This document shows positions 12,430 to 24,764 of a DNA stretch of 64,000 nucleotides, piece by piece. A model generated the notes under the pieces. It saw nothing but the letters and a program-made list of their open reading frames with translations, searched no databases and was not told the origin of the DNA. Made by a program: the position numbers and the translations under genes. Source of the DNA: Vicugna vicugna (Eukaryota); assembly GCA_013265495.1 (NCBI GenBank), contig MU058153.1, forward strand, positions 870,001-934,000, written 5' to 3'. Within the stretch, counting starts at the first letter, position 1. Each line of letters begins with the position of its first letter.

Positions 12430-12590
12430 GCTGTGCTATTCACTGTGACCTCAGATCTGTCATTTCACCTCCTTAGGCCTCTGTTACCTTAGACGTGAAA
12501 TGAACGTAAGAATAGCACCTTTCTCGTGGGATTGTTGTGAGGTTGTTTGAAGAATTAAATAATTTAATATAAATTGGATGCTTGGTGCCT
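12430..12590 (+). mobile_element. MIR SINE
   Basis: AATAGCACCTTTCTCGTGGGATTGTTGTGAGG MIR core. Confidence 0.65.
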
Positions 12591-12711
12591 GCAGATATGA
12601 GTGTTGCTGTTTTTTTTGTTTGTTTGGGCTGTGTCCACTCTGAGAACAAAGCTCAGGTTCTCATAGGGTTTACCTGGTCTAGGCATTTACATAAACTTAA
12701 AGAGATTTTTA

Positions 12712-12900
12712 AAATTTAATTTAATGTTCTTATTTCCTTATAGTCGATTTACAATGTTGTGTTAATTTCTGGTGTACAGCGTAGTGATTCAGTTATACAT
12801 GTATATATTCTTTTTGACATTTTTTTCCGTTATAGATTATTACAAGATACTGAATATAGTTCCCTGTGCTACTTAGTAGGACCTTGTTGTTTATCTATTT
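12712..12900 (-). mobile_element. Short L1 3'UTR fragment
   Basis: TATAGTCGATTTACAATGTTGTGTTAATTTCTGGTGTACAGC...GGACCTTGTTGTTTATCTATTT. Confidence 0.88.
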
Positions 12901-12986
12901 GAAAAAATTTTTGAACTTAGTACCTTTTGAATACGTGGAAAGAAGATGCAAATATGAATAACCACTTGTTTTGCAAAGAGGACTGT

Positions 12987-13039
12987 ATGCTAATGTTATA
13001 AGTCGATTACACTTCAATAAAAAATAAGAATTAAAAAAA
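12987..13039 (+). mobile_element. Extremely truncated L1 tail (~50 bp)
   Basis: ATGTTATAAGTCGATTACACTTCAATAAAAAA is the L1 terminus; flanks AGAGGACTGT / AGAGAACTAT resemble a TSD. Confidence 0.6.
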
Positions 13040-13860
13040 GAGAGAACTATCTTATTTACCCTCAGATGGGCACTAAATGTTAAGATTCATCAGCCAGTGA
13101 CACGTAATATGATGCTGGAAATAGAAATGAACTGAACTTGAAGCAAGAAGGAAAGGAAAACTTCATTTATCAGAGACTGAAAGTCAAGAAATAGAGTGAT
13201 CATTGAGAAGGAAAGTTCCTCTGAGAAACTAAAATTCATGAGAAATATTAGTAATTAAGTGGATGAACAGTCCTTGAAATTCAGTTTCTCTGAAGAAAAG
13301 ATGCCCAGAGCAGACTTCAGTGTATCCTATATTGGACGGAAGAGAAAAATACAAACACCATAATGTTTACAAATACAAAAAAAAAATTATGAGACCATTT
13401 AGAGGAGCTCCATTATATAATAAAGCCCTTGGCCAGGAGTTCAGGTCCCACTTGTTTACACACATGGGCTGTGAAGCCCTAGGTGTTCCATGCTCCCTTC
13501 TCGACCCCACACTCAGCTAATACATTGATGGATACTGATGTCACAACAGCAAGTACCCTGACATTCCAACACACCACTTAAAATGGTTAAAGGAACATTG
13601 AACAATCAGAGGCTCTCTTATGCTCCAGCATTTTCCAAATAGGACACAACTCAGTTCTGAGTCATGTTACGTGAAGCCATTGAATTCTTCTCCCCTCTTT
13701 TATCTAACCATCTTCACAAGAATGATATGGGGCCATGCTGTTTTCAGGGCTGTAAGTATTAAACAGTAAGTGGTTTAATATTTGGGCTCTTTTCCCTGAC
13801 TTTGAGATGGCTAAGACACCTTGGATTTGAAAAATTTGTTCTGTAAAAAATAGCAAAGAT

Positions 13861-13893
<33 letters not shown>

Positions 13894-13985
13894 AACACAC
13901 ATATATGCACATATACACATGTATACATTTATATGTCTGCATTATATGTTATATGTATTATATGACATGTATGTAATATATATAA
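13861..13985. repeat. (CA)n microsatellite grading into TA/CA low-complexity sequence
   Basis: Directly visible. Confidence 0.95.
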
Positions 13986-15464
13986 AATAGTTCATATTCA
14001 TCTCCTGATGAATATGCATAGAGCAATGATCTGCTCAGAATAGGACCTTCAAAATGATTGACTGAATGAATCCACTCTGACATTTATTCATTTAGTTTTT
14101 AACCAATATTTATTGGTTAAAATAGTAAAGTCAGATGCCTATGGCCCAAAATATGCTACTTGCATAAGTTATTTAAAAATCATGACAATATTTTTATCTA
14201 TAAAATCAATTTAATAAAAATATTATTTCCCTGCTCTAGTGCCACCTCTTCCAGGAAGCCCTCCCAGACTACAATCACAGGTGATTTCTCTACTAACTGT
14301 CATAAACCTCTGCCAACCCTTACAGGGCTCTTAACACAACAATATGAAAACTATATTATGAGCCCCTGGAAGGCCATAACAAAGTTTGATTCATATTTAC
14401 CATCAATAGGACTGCTATCTGGGAAATCCTCTACTCAGTGAAGATAAGGCCAGTCATAACTGCAGACCCTTTATTCAGGTAGTGTGGGGAAGGCGGAGGG
14501 AAAGGCAGAGTCATCACAGTAGGGCAAGGAGCAGGGAAAGGAAGCTGCAGTTTGGAAGGAGCAGTGTCAATGAGGGGAAAATCAATGGGGGAGGGGGGAG
14601 AAGGAAGCAGTTAGTGAGGCCAGACGCAGGAGAGCAAGAAGTGGCAGGTGGTCCACAGGCGCCAGGGAGGGTGCCCGGGCAGTGATCCAGATGAACCTGG
14701 AGTCTATAGGAGAGAAAGAGAGGATCGGGGGTCTAAAGAACAGGAAGAACAGAAGGGAAATCATAGAGATCCTAAATGCAAAAACTGTCATACTAAACGC
14801 ACTTTGGGAAGAGGTTAGTGCTTCTTGAATCAGAGCTAGACTGCAGTCTGAAGTCTTGCTGTGTCCCGTGAGAGCTGTGAGCTGTGGTCAACTCACCCAG
14901 CCTCACCTGTGAACGCTGCCTCTGCTCCGCCTCCCGTCTCCAGTGGGAACAGAATCCCAGGTCAGCTGAGGGCCAGTCTGGCTTCTCCGACTCTAAACTT
15001 ACCTTATGTCTTCCATGCTAGACTGCAAACTTAAAGGACTTTCTAAGTCTCTATTTAAATATATATGTACATATACATACGTATATGTCTATATATAAAT
15101 ATATGTACCTGCAAACATAAAAACAGATAAAGGTGTACACAAAGGACTTTAATGAAATGTCCTGTTTTGCTTTTGGTTAAGGATGGGCCTGTAACATGCT
15201 AATGGAATCATGTCTGCTCGAGATCATCTCTACTCACAAATACTTCAACTAGACTCTGAATTCAGAGACTAGCTCCTTCAAGGCAAATTCAGTGTTTGTT
15301 TCTGCTTTCTTTTTTGTTGTTGATGTTTGCTTGAGTTTTTGGTTTTGTTTTAATTTGTTTCCGCCACTTGCAGCCTCTCAACATGGTGTCCGGGGTGTCT
15401 GATATAAAGTGATAATGAAAACCATAGCTACCACGTGAGGCTTCTTTGCCATGCAGCAGGCTGT

Positions 15465-15690
15465 GTATGATGGCTTTTCATTCTCACAACCTCCCTGGGA
15501 GGTTGATACTACCGTTGCACTAATTTTACGGATGAAGGAACCGAGATGCACTGAGGAATGGAAGTCGGTATTTGTAATAACTCTCATTCACAGATGAGAA
15601 AACCACGGCATCAAGAGATCAAATAATGTGCCCAAATCACATAGGTAGTGAGCAGTGGAGTTCAGATTCAAAACCAGATGTTCCCCTTTC
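15465..15690 (-). mobile_element. Two MIR fragments
   Basis: TTTTACGGATGAAGGAACCGAG and ACAGATGAGAAAACCACGGC...TGCCCAAATCACATAG antisense cores. Confidence 0.7.
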
Positions 15691-17160
15691 GTGCATTTTT
15701 TAAGCGTTTCCCAAATATTCGCATTTCTGCATTTTATGAAAATAAGGCTAAGAAAACATTGCCAGTGAGATTCTTTACAGGTAGATGGGCCATCTTTGCA
15801 TATGGCTAAGTAAGATCAAACACTTAAAACGTTTATTTGTGTCTGTGGCTTTCTTCGAAAGATACCTCATCTCTCTCCCCAGGATTTGCTGACAAGACAA
15901 AATGTGTTTTTGATGTGACAAAATGTGATGTTTGGTTTTGTTAACCCTGGATGCTTTTTGGAAGGAGAGCTGTGCTGGTGAAAACTAAGACTCAGTGCTA
16001 AGTGATGCATTTCTATAATACATCCATGAATAATTACTTAGAGCTTTTCATAGCCTTTTCATTTTCATCATCTTCATTGATTCTTGAGCTATCTGGTGAG
16101 GTAGTCAGGGAAGAATTATGGCTGGAGTTCAGATCCCCTCTCTTCCACTGACTGTATGACATTGGGAAATTGTTTAGTTTCTGTGTGACTCCGTAGAATA
16201 TGCACACTGGTCTGAAACAATTTCTTCCATTTTGAGTTTTGTGTCATTGATGAGACTTACCTGAGAAATTACGTTCATGGGTGTAACCAAAGATGAGTAC
16301 AGACTTAGTCTGTTTCTTCATACCACTTGCAGAATAGTAAAATTAAAAGACCTAGTAAACATTCACTTGATAGCATTGAATTATTTAAATATATACTCAT
16401 TGAACCTATGTTAACATAGAAGGAAGATTTGTCATTTTATGTACATCAATTAAAACAGGTTGTAATAAAAATAATAATAATTATGCATCTGAAAAATTAA
16501 CCTTCCTTTAGGTCTAATGATAGCACTGTTAATTGATCATTCCAGGCAATGAAGATCTTAATCTTTTGCATTTGTAAAAAGTGTCCAGGTATTTACTCCT
16601 TTTCACACAACTGAACGCACATCAGCCTCCTGTAATAAGCCCACATAGTTTAAATTCAGAATTTAAATTAAGAAGTAAGTCTTAATAAGTTTACTTAGCT
16701 ACTCAATTTACTAATAAGGCATTTTTCCTGCTTCCTGGCCTGTTTATCTCAAATAATATTCTTGCAGAACTGTGAGACTATTTCCAGCTTCCATCTCAGA
16801 AATGGTGAGGTAATTAGAAGAAAAATTAATCTGCCCTGAAGTTCACAGTCACTTTCCAGAATTCAGTGAAGTGAGTTTGCGCCTTTTGGGCTTAGATGAG
16901 AACATGGGTGGATCTTCCTGTCTGTTGAGGAAATGGACAACACCCTGTATGTTTACAGGAGGATTAAAGGTCCTTTCACTTATCTTGCCTGGTTGGTGTG
17001 TCTTAAATGCTTTAAAGAGGATTTGCTTGGGTCAGATACTTGCCCAAGACCACACAGAAAAGCAGCTTTTTGATCTTGTCTGTATTTAGATTCTTTGCCC
17101 TGGAAGAAGGTTTTTGTTTATTATAACGGATTATTATTCTGGATACACTAAAGCCTAGAT

Positions 17161-17785
17161 CAGGGGCCAGTGACCATTTTCAGTAAAGGACCATGTATTA
17201 GTTTCCTATTGCTGCTGTAACACACAAACTTAGTGGCTTAATGTAACACCAGTATATTCTCTTATAGTTCTGGAGGTCAGAACTCTGGGCTTAAACCAAA
17301 CTGTGAGGGGTCTTGCTTTCCCTCTGGAGGCTCCAGGGAAGAATCCATTTTCCAGTTTCTAGAGGCTGCATGTCTTCTTTGGCTTATGGTCCCTTCCTTC
17401 ATCTCTACAGCTAGCAGTGTATCATCTTTTTCCTCTTTGACATCTGCTTCCATCCTCACATTTTCTGACTCTGATCCTCTTATCAGGACCCTTATTATCC
17501 TTAATCGTCTCTGCAAAGTCCCTTTTACCATGTAAGGTAATAACATAATCTCAGGTTCCAGGGACTGGGATCTGGACATCTTTGAGGGGCCGTAAGTCTC
17601 CTTATCATAGGCCAGATAGTAAATATTTTAGATTTTGAAAGTCAGACAGTTTATGTGGCAACTACTCAACTCCGCTATAGGCAGTTTGTAAACAAATGGG
17701 CATGGCTGTGTTCCAGTAAAACTTTATTTACAAAAACAATCAATGGTCAGGATTTGGCCCAAGGGCTCTAGTTTGAAAGCCTCTA
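17161..17785 (+). mobile_element. MER58A (hAT-Charlie) split by an MLT1 LTR
   Basis: CAGGGGCCAG...GTAAAGGACCA | GGCCAGATAGTAAATATTTTAG...AAAACTTTATTTACAAAAACA; 8-bp TSD GCCTAGAT (17153-17160) / GTCTAGAC (17786-17793). Confidence 0.88.
17194..17609 (-). mobile_element. MaLR solo LTR (MLT1C/D-like)
   Basis: TGTATTAGTTTCCTATTGCTGCTGTAACA...GGACATCTTTGAGGGGCC; 5-bp TSD GACCA (17189-17193) / GGCCA (17610-17614). Confidence 0.88.
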
Positions 17786-19726
17786 GTCTAGACACATAGC
17801 ATCTTACATGGATGTTCCTAAAAAATATTTCTTGATTATGTTTAAATAAGTAAGTAAATAAGTCAGTAAATACATAATAAGCAGATCGGTCAACCAGTCA
17901 ATCAGGGATTGGGCAGACGTCCTTACGGATTTGGGGGCTTGGTGTTCTAAGGAAAAACTCCTACTGAATAGAAAACTTTTCCCACACATTTTTTTCATAG
18001 CTCCTAGATCCTGACCTCAATACGAGATTAACTCTCACTCTGTAAATCCGTCCCCTTGCCATAGACACTGTACAGATGCATTGATGCAAATGGAATCCAG
18101 AGGATCACGATTGACTTCCTTTTTACTCTCTATGTAACGTGGAGCTGTTTTGAAAATATAAATGCCTATTAACGAAAGACCAGTTGTGCATTTTTTAAAA
18201 GTCATGAAAGATACACAGAAGAAGAAATTATGAATCTGATAGTAACAAGTTTGCTATGATTTTTATCTCCAAAACCTTGAAACCTTAAAGAGTTTGGAAC
18301 ACAGATCATAGACACCATGGGAGAAATGTTTGCAGCCCATCTTCTTGCCTCCTAGTAACCAAATGAAGCCTCGATGTTGCAAGTGAAGTGGAACAACTCT
18401 GTTACCTGTGCTAATCATCTTTTGATCCTTGCCATGTGAATAGATTCATGATCTGACATTTGCTATTCTAGTCACAATAGCTCTTGTCTCAGCAATTCAA
18501 TTTTCAGTGTCTCACGAATTTAATACCTGCTCTATTATCAGAGGACTTGTGATAACTTATACAGCTGAACCTTTTCCAAATTTCCTGTTCATCTTAACCT
18601 TTCCACCTTTCCATCTGGGTGTAGAGGATGGCCTTGTGAAAAGGCAGATTTTTTCAACATACTTTCATCACGCATGGCTATGTGCTAGAGTTTCAGTGTG
18701 ACCAGGACACAAGATCTCAAATGCGTCAGAGAATGGACAGCTTCGGTTGGATTTAGACAGAAAAAGAAAAAGCGAAAGCACTAAAGATGCATATAATTTG
18801 AGCCTTTTGAAGGACTGCTTTTCCCTTGAATCTCCAAAGTTGTTTTCAGTCATGGCAGTAGCCTCTAACACCCAGAAGGAAACTCCCCATCTCTGACTCT
18901 TTCCAAACCTGTGCATCTTTGGGTAAATGGCCAGGTTTCAGAATCTAACTCGGGAGACATTCCACCTCTCAGCAATTTTCAGGTAACTGAGATCTACCTT
19001 GAGCCCAGGGACTAAGTATCAATTCTCTGACTTGGGTGAGCAGCACCTTTAGCTTTCACCAGTGCCAGAACATGCCCCGTCAGGCAGATATTGCAAAGAG
19101 AACTGTGGAACTTAATTTCCATGAAGAGATGGAGGAGGACCAGTTATCTCTAGTATATAGAAGCTGAATTATGTTATCAATCCATAGAATAATCCCTTTG
19201 TCTCCCCACAGACTTGATCCAGAAAGATTAGTCACTGAAACTTACTTTTATTGTATACGCACATACATACTGCAAATAAAACAACAAAGTAAAAATAAAC
19301 AATTATGTATTTATTGAGTTCAAATTTATAAATTTTCAATTAGAGAACAAAATTTGAAATCACTGTTGACATCTAATTATTATTCTTTTATTTGGCTAGA
19401 TATCAAAAAGGAAGTACAAATTCACATGCATTAGAAGTTTGGTAATGAAACTTTTTAAATGCAATTTTAAAATTTTTTTCATAAATACTTTTGTCATAAA
19501 TTTTTGTGGGTTTTTTGAAATTTTATGAATTTTTTTCATAAATAGTACAAAAGAGCTTTCAATAAGAATAGTAGAAAAGCCTTCCTTCCTTTCTCCTTTT
19601 CTTCTTTCATGTAACATATTCTTATTGATTGCATATATGCACCAGCCCTTACTTATAATCCAAATAAAATTAACATCATCAAACATTTTATAATTGCTTA
19701 TGTTTCTTATTAAAAAGTGAAAGTCA

Positions 19727-20490
19727 CATACGAGTGATCTCATATGGTATTTTTCTTTCTCTTTCTGGCTTACTTCACTTAGAATGACATTCTCCAGGGA
19801 CATCCATGTTGCTACAAATGGCATTATGTTGTCGGTTTTTATGGCTGAATAGTATTCTGTTGTATAAATATACCGCCTCTTCTTTATGCAGTCATCTGTT
19901 AATGCACATTTAGGCTGTTTCCATGTCTTGGCTATTGTAAACAGTGCTGCTATGAACATTGGGGTGCAGGTGTCTTTTTGAAGTAGGGTTCCTTCTGGAT
20001 ATATGCCCAGGAGCGGGATTCCTGGGTCATATGATAAGTATATTCCTAGTCTTTTGAGGAATCTCCATACTGTTTTCCACAGTGGCTGCACCAAACTGCA
20101 TCCCACCAGCAGTGTAGGAGAGTTCCCTTTTCTCCACAACCTCTCCAGCATTTGTCGTTTGTGGACTTTTGAATGATGGCCATTCTGACCAAAAAAAAGA
20201 ACATAAATACAAAACAGAAACAGACTCATAGACATAGAATACAAACTTGTGGTTGCCAAGGGGGCAGGAGACTGGGATTCAAAATTTGTAGATACTGACA
20301 GGCATATGCAGAATAGATAAACAAGATTACTATATAGCACAGGGAAATATATACAAGATCTTGTGGTAGCTCACAGCAAAAAAAAAGTGTGGCAATGAAT
20401 ATATGTATGTTCATGTACAACTAAAAAATTGAGCTCTACACTGGAATTTGATACAACATTGTAAAAGGACTATAACTCAATAAAAAAAAG
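19727..20490 (+). mobile_element. Young L1 insertion with 5' inversion: inverted ORF2 C-terminus 19727-20190, sense 3'UTR and poly(A) 20191-20489
   Basis: Minus strand of the left part encodes LVQPLWKTVWRFL...YSAIK...ILSEVSQKEKEKYHM; the right part is a plus-strand L1 tail. AAAGTCA is repeated at 19720-19726 and 20487-20493. Confidence 0.92.
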
Positions 20491-21001
20491 TCAGGAAAAA
20501 GCACTTAACGTAAAAGAAAGCCAAAAATGTCTATTAATATGATGCTGCTAGGGACTGTTGTGTTTACTTATTTGTGCATAACATGATGCTAATGCCATTA
20601 AAGGAGCAATCACGGAGCAGATGTGCTTAAACCTCAGCGTTTGATTGAACATGACACACTTTCGCTAGAATACTATGCTCACTCGTAATTTTACGTGAAC
20701 AGACTTGCTCGGGGATAAATTTTAAAATAAAGAAAAGTGCAGGGTAACAATCTTGCAAATTGGAAACAGCTTTAAAAATGCTTAAATATAGGTGCAGAAA
20801 TGACAGGGGTCATTTTATTACAAAGTCTGATGTGCGCTCAAATACAACTAAACTGAACACAAAATTTACACATCAGTGGTTTCCACTGGGTTAAAAATTT
20901 GTCATTAAATGTGATTGGTTATGTCCATAGTTTTGCAGTACATTTTCATACTGAATATTATAAACAAAATAGTTTTGTGGTCATTTGTTTGTTTGTTATA
21001 C

Positions 21002-21118
21002 TAAGGTGACCAACTGTCTTGGTTTGCCTGGGACTGTAGGGCAGTGTTTCAGAAACTTGGAAGTTTTAGTGATAAACTTAGGAAGTTCTGGGCAAAATGG
21101 GACAAGTCGTTCATTCTA
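21002..21118 (+). mobile_element. MER94 (hAT-Blackjack MITE)
   Basis: TAAGGTGACCAACTGTCTTGGTTTGCCTGGGAC...TTCTGGGCAAAATGGGACAAGTCGTTCATTCTA, with GTTATAC on both flanks. Confidence 0.8.
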
Positions 21119-21228
21119 GTTATACCCCTTGAACCCTATAGTTACGTGAGAAAGTGTTTTAGAAATCACTGTGCTAAGTTCTGTGTCCTTAATAAGGCTG
21201 TAATTAATTGCAAGAAGTTCACCTAGTC

Positions 21229-21385
21229 CACTGGGTTTCAATTCTGGCTCTGCATTATAATTATCTCCGGAGGGTTTTAAAAGTATTGATGCCCAGGCTT
21301 ACCGAAGACCAATTACATTAGAGTCAATCCATTTTAAAGGCTCCCAGGTGATTCTAATGTGTAACAGAGGTGACAGCCGTTGCTC
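21229..21385 (-). mobile_element. MER5-family MITE
   Basis: TTTTAAAAGTATTGATGCCCAGG...CTCCCAGGTGATTCTAATGTG. Confidence 0.7.
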
Positions 21386-21533
21386 CTGGGTTCTCTGAAT
21401 AGCAGTCCACACAGTCAGGCAGAGCAATGGCAGAATGAAGAAATAACCCCTGCCCAAGGATAACTAGACCAACCCTATACTGCCCTTGACATGAACTTGC
21501 CCAGTAGTGGGGGAGGCTGCCCGAGTTTTCTTT

Positions 21534-21911
21534 TTCTTTTATTTATTTTATATATATCTTTATATATTTTGTATACATATATAATTGAAGTATAGTCAGT
21601 TTACAATGTGTCAGTTTCTGGCGTGCAGCACAATGCTTCAGCCATATAGGAACATACGTATATTAATTTTCATACTCTCTTTCACCATAAGTTACTGCAA
21701 GATATTGAATATAGTTCCCCGTGCTATACAGTATGAACTTGTTGTTTATCAGGTTTTGTGAAAATTCTCCTTTATTTTGAAACGAGAAAGATTCTGCCAG
21801 AGTTCAGTAGGTGTTCAGTGCAATTCAGGGGGTTTGTAGATGTCATTCTTGGTGGATTTGTGGGAGAAGGGAGCTGTGAGTCTCTTTGCTCCACCGTCTT
21901 GGCTCCTCCCG
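21534..21911 (-). mobile_element. Bipartite mini-L1: L1 5' end (21911-21750) fused to L1 3'UTR/poly(A) (21749-21534), no ORFs
   Basis: Head GGGAGGAGCCAAGACGGTGGAG...CTCCCACAAAT aligns to the L1 start at 1780-1623; the tail matches other L1 tails in the window; perfect 11-bp TSD GAGTTTTCTTT (21523-21533, 21912-21922). Confidence 0.9.
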
Positions 21912-22449
21912 GAGTTTTCTTTATAAAGCTTGCTACTCTCCATCTCTCTGACTCCTCCCCATGTAGCAGTCTTGTACATCAATATCAGGTCTGAATTCTG
22001 TAAACTGTTCTAGAAACTGAGAATTCAAAATTTGAGATTTTAAGGGTTAGAGTAAATAGACTAGACATTTTTAGAGAACAAAGATTGTGACTTGTTTAAT
22101 TCTAACTCATAGGGCTAGGCACACAGTTTTCAATTTATTTGACAAATCATAGAGTTTTCCCTTTTCTAATTTCCCTTAACCTAAGAAATGAAGAGCTTCA
22201 TCCAAATAGTCCATTTATGTAACTAAGTCATCAAGTATTAACTGTCATGTGCCACTTGGTCCAGCCTTCATGGGATGCACAGACTTACAGGGAATATTGA
22301 AATTCTAATCAGACAATGATTTTAATGAATGCTCTAATTTGTCAGAGTAGCTCTTTCTTGATTTTTATTAAATGTTATATAAATTATGTACAAGACATTC
22401 TTCTAAACATTTATATATATAAATTTATCTACTCCTTGTTATAAACTCA

Positions 22450-22615
22450 TGACCTAGGTAATGTTGTAGTCATCCTCATTTTACAGTTGAGGAAAGCGGG
22501 AGCATCAGTTAGTTAATTAAACTGCCAAAGCCACAAGGCTGGCAAGTAAGAGGACTAGACTTCAAACAGAAGCAGTTTTGCTCTGGGGTCCATGCCCTTA
22601 ATACTTCCTTTATAC
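22450..22615 (-). mobile_element. MIR SINE
   Basis: CATCCTCATTTTACAGTTGAGGAAAGC...CCAAAGCCACAAGGCTGGCAAGT. Confidence 0.72.
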
Positions 22616-23859
22616 CAACTCCTGTCAGAATGGAAATTGGTTTAAAAAACAAAAATAAAAACAAACAACAAAACAAAACAAAACCAAAAAACCCTGCATT
22701 GGAACCCACTCGATGACATTACATAAAGAAAGGGAATGTTAAGATTCTAGTTTTCATATACTCTCCCTTACCAAGTTCAAAGACTCTCCCTGGTGAGTCA
22801 GAGCAAGGAAGATAAGCCCCAGCTTGGGCACCCAGGCAATACACTTATTAGTACCATCTTCTCTGTCATTATATTCAGAAAATCATGGTTGGGTGATTGG
22901 GACAGGACTCTTGAACATTTTATAGTCCCAATCCCACATTTAGATGAGAAAACAATTTTAAGTGAATCTGGAAATAACTCAGAAAATGCAACTAAATATT
23001 ATGAACCCTGAAAAAGAGAATTAAAAAGTGGGAGAGCATAGGAGAGGGAAAGAGAGAGGCAGAGGGATACCTGTGAAAGAAATAGTCAAATGTGTCTCGA
23101 ATGGATAAACTCACAACAGAGTTGCATCTCATCCCCTCCTGCCGAGTGCTTCTGGAAAACTAAGAGCACCCACAGGAATGCTTAGTGTGGGTTCTAGCCT
23201 ACCTGTTACCTATAATTGCCAGAAACTTGCACCCCGCTTTTCCTGTCTTTTTTACAGCTTCTACTTCCTTTTTTTGCAAATTCTTTTAGAAAAAAATTTA
23301 CTGCCACTATATGCCTTTAAAAAAGTCAGTGAGCATGCCCCAGTTTCTGTCTTTAGATTGGGCAGAAATGTCAAGTGTCAGCACAGTGTTGACTTCCATT
23401 CAGATGTAGGGAGAAGGGTCTCCTTCCTGATTCTATGACAAACATTGTCTTGGGACAGAGTCAGCTCTGCATGTGCCCAGAATTTTCATATCTTCACTAA
23501 AAATTACTTCCATTAGATTTTGCTCTGAATTCTCTCTCCCCATGGGGAACCAAAATCAGTCCAAGGTACCTGGCAGGTATCCAACTTTTTCTTCCAATTA
23601 AACTTCTCTTTTATTCCTCCAGTCATAGAAAAAAATACTTTATGCATATGAAGAGATTTATAAAACTGCCTTTGGGGTCTGGATGGGAATGGGGTCGGAG
23701 TAAAGAGACTTTATTCTAATGGGAGAGAGAAAGGGGATGCCAGTCCAGAATCCGTTGTTATAAAAGTACAGACGTAGAGAAGAGCGGAATCAGGAATTTT
23801 GCTGATTTTCAGGTAGACACATAAGGACCTTTATGAAAGTTAACATGACATAGTACTAC

Positions 23860-24050
23860 GTTTCTTGTATTTTCAAGTTATTCCAATTTCTCCTTATTTC
23901 TTCACCAAAACTCCATGAGGTGAGCATAAAAAGGTAATATTATCCGCTTAATACAAATGAGAAATTTCGATCCATTTGCTAGTCATTTCATTTAAGGTCC
24001 CTTGGTAAATACATAGCAGATCTTGTATTAAACAGTGCCCAATTTTTCTG
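23860..24050 (-). mobile_element. Degenerate MIR SINE
   Basis: CTCCATGAGGTGAG...TATTATCCGCTTAATACAAATGAGAAA. Confidence 0.5.
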
Positions 24051-24764
24051 AATATTGAACTGGGCATGCCAGAAGTTAATATTTTCTATTGCAGACTGTA
24101 TCAGCCAGCAAATTGCAGTGCTCGCTATCTAAAGCACTGAAACTCAGGCAGAATGTTTGCTGATAATGTATAAGAATTCTTTCTTAAAAGACTCTGGACA
24201 GAATGTTAGTCAGCCAATAAGTACAAGAACCTACTTTAGTCTCCAGGAATGAAATAAAGAATTTAGAGGGTCATTGAGTTTGCTGAATTTTCACAGTGGA
24301 TCAGCAGAAAGTTATTTGTTCCAGGCATCCCAGTCACTTGCGCTGCGCTTGGATATGTAATGTTCTGTGACTCTTAGGTCAAGGGCTATCAGGCTCACTT
24401 TCTCGTCCACAATCAGGCCCTTTGTGAGTGAAGCACACAGGAATATAATCAAAGCCAAAAAGGCCAGTTGGCTTCAGGGCTATGTCAACATAACGTCAAA
24501 TTTTAATTTGGAGAAGACTGCATCGGGCTACGTGAATGAGAACTGCATGGTGCTCGTGTGGAACTAGACTCGCTGAACAAAGCAATTTGTCTCCCATGTG
24601 TGTGGAACATATGGGTTTTTCTATAGTGATGCAGAGGTGTTAATCAAGATTTGGTAAGGAGAGTCAGAATACAATGAAGAGTTTTCTGGGTGTCAGAATT
24701 TGCCAAAACAGAGGAGAATCTTTGTTAAATTATAGTTGTTAATTTCCAACTATATATAGTTGAA

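Noticed and set aside
24400..24560. Possible CR1-like fragment
   Set aside because: Similarity limited to one short motif (GCCAAAAAGGCCA...GGGCT); too weak to call.
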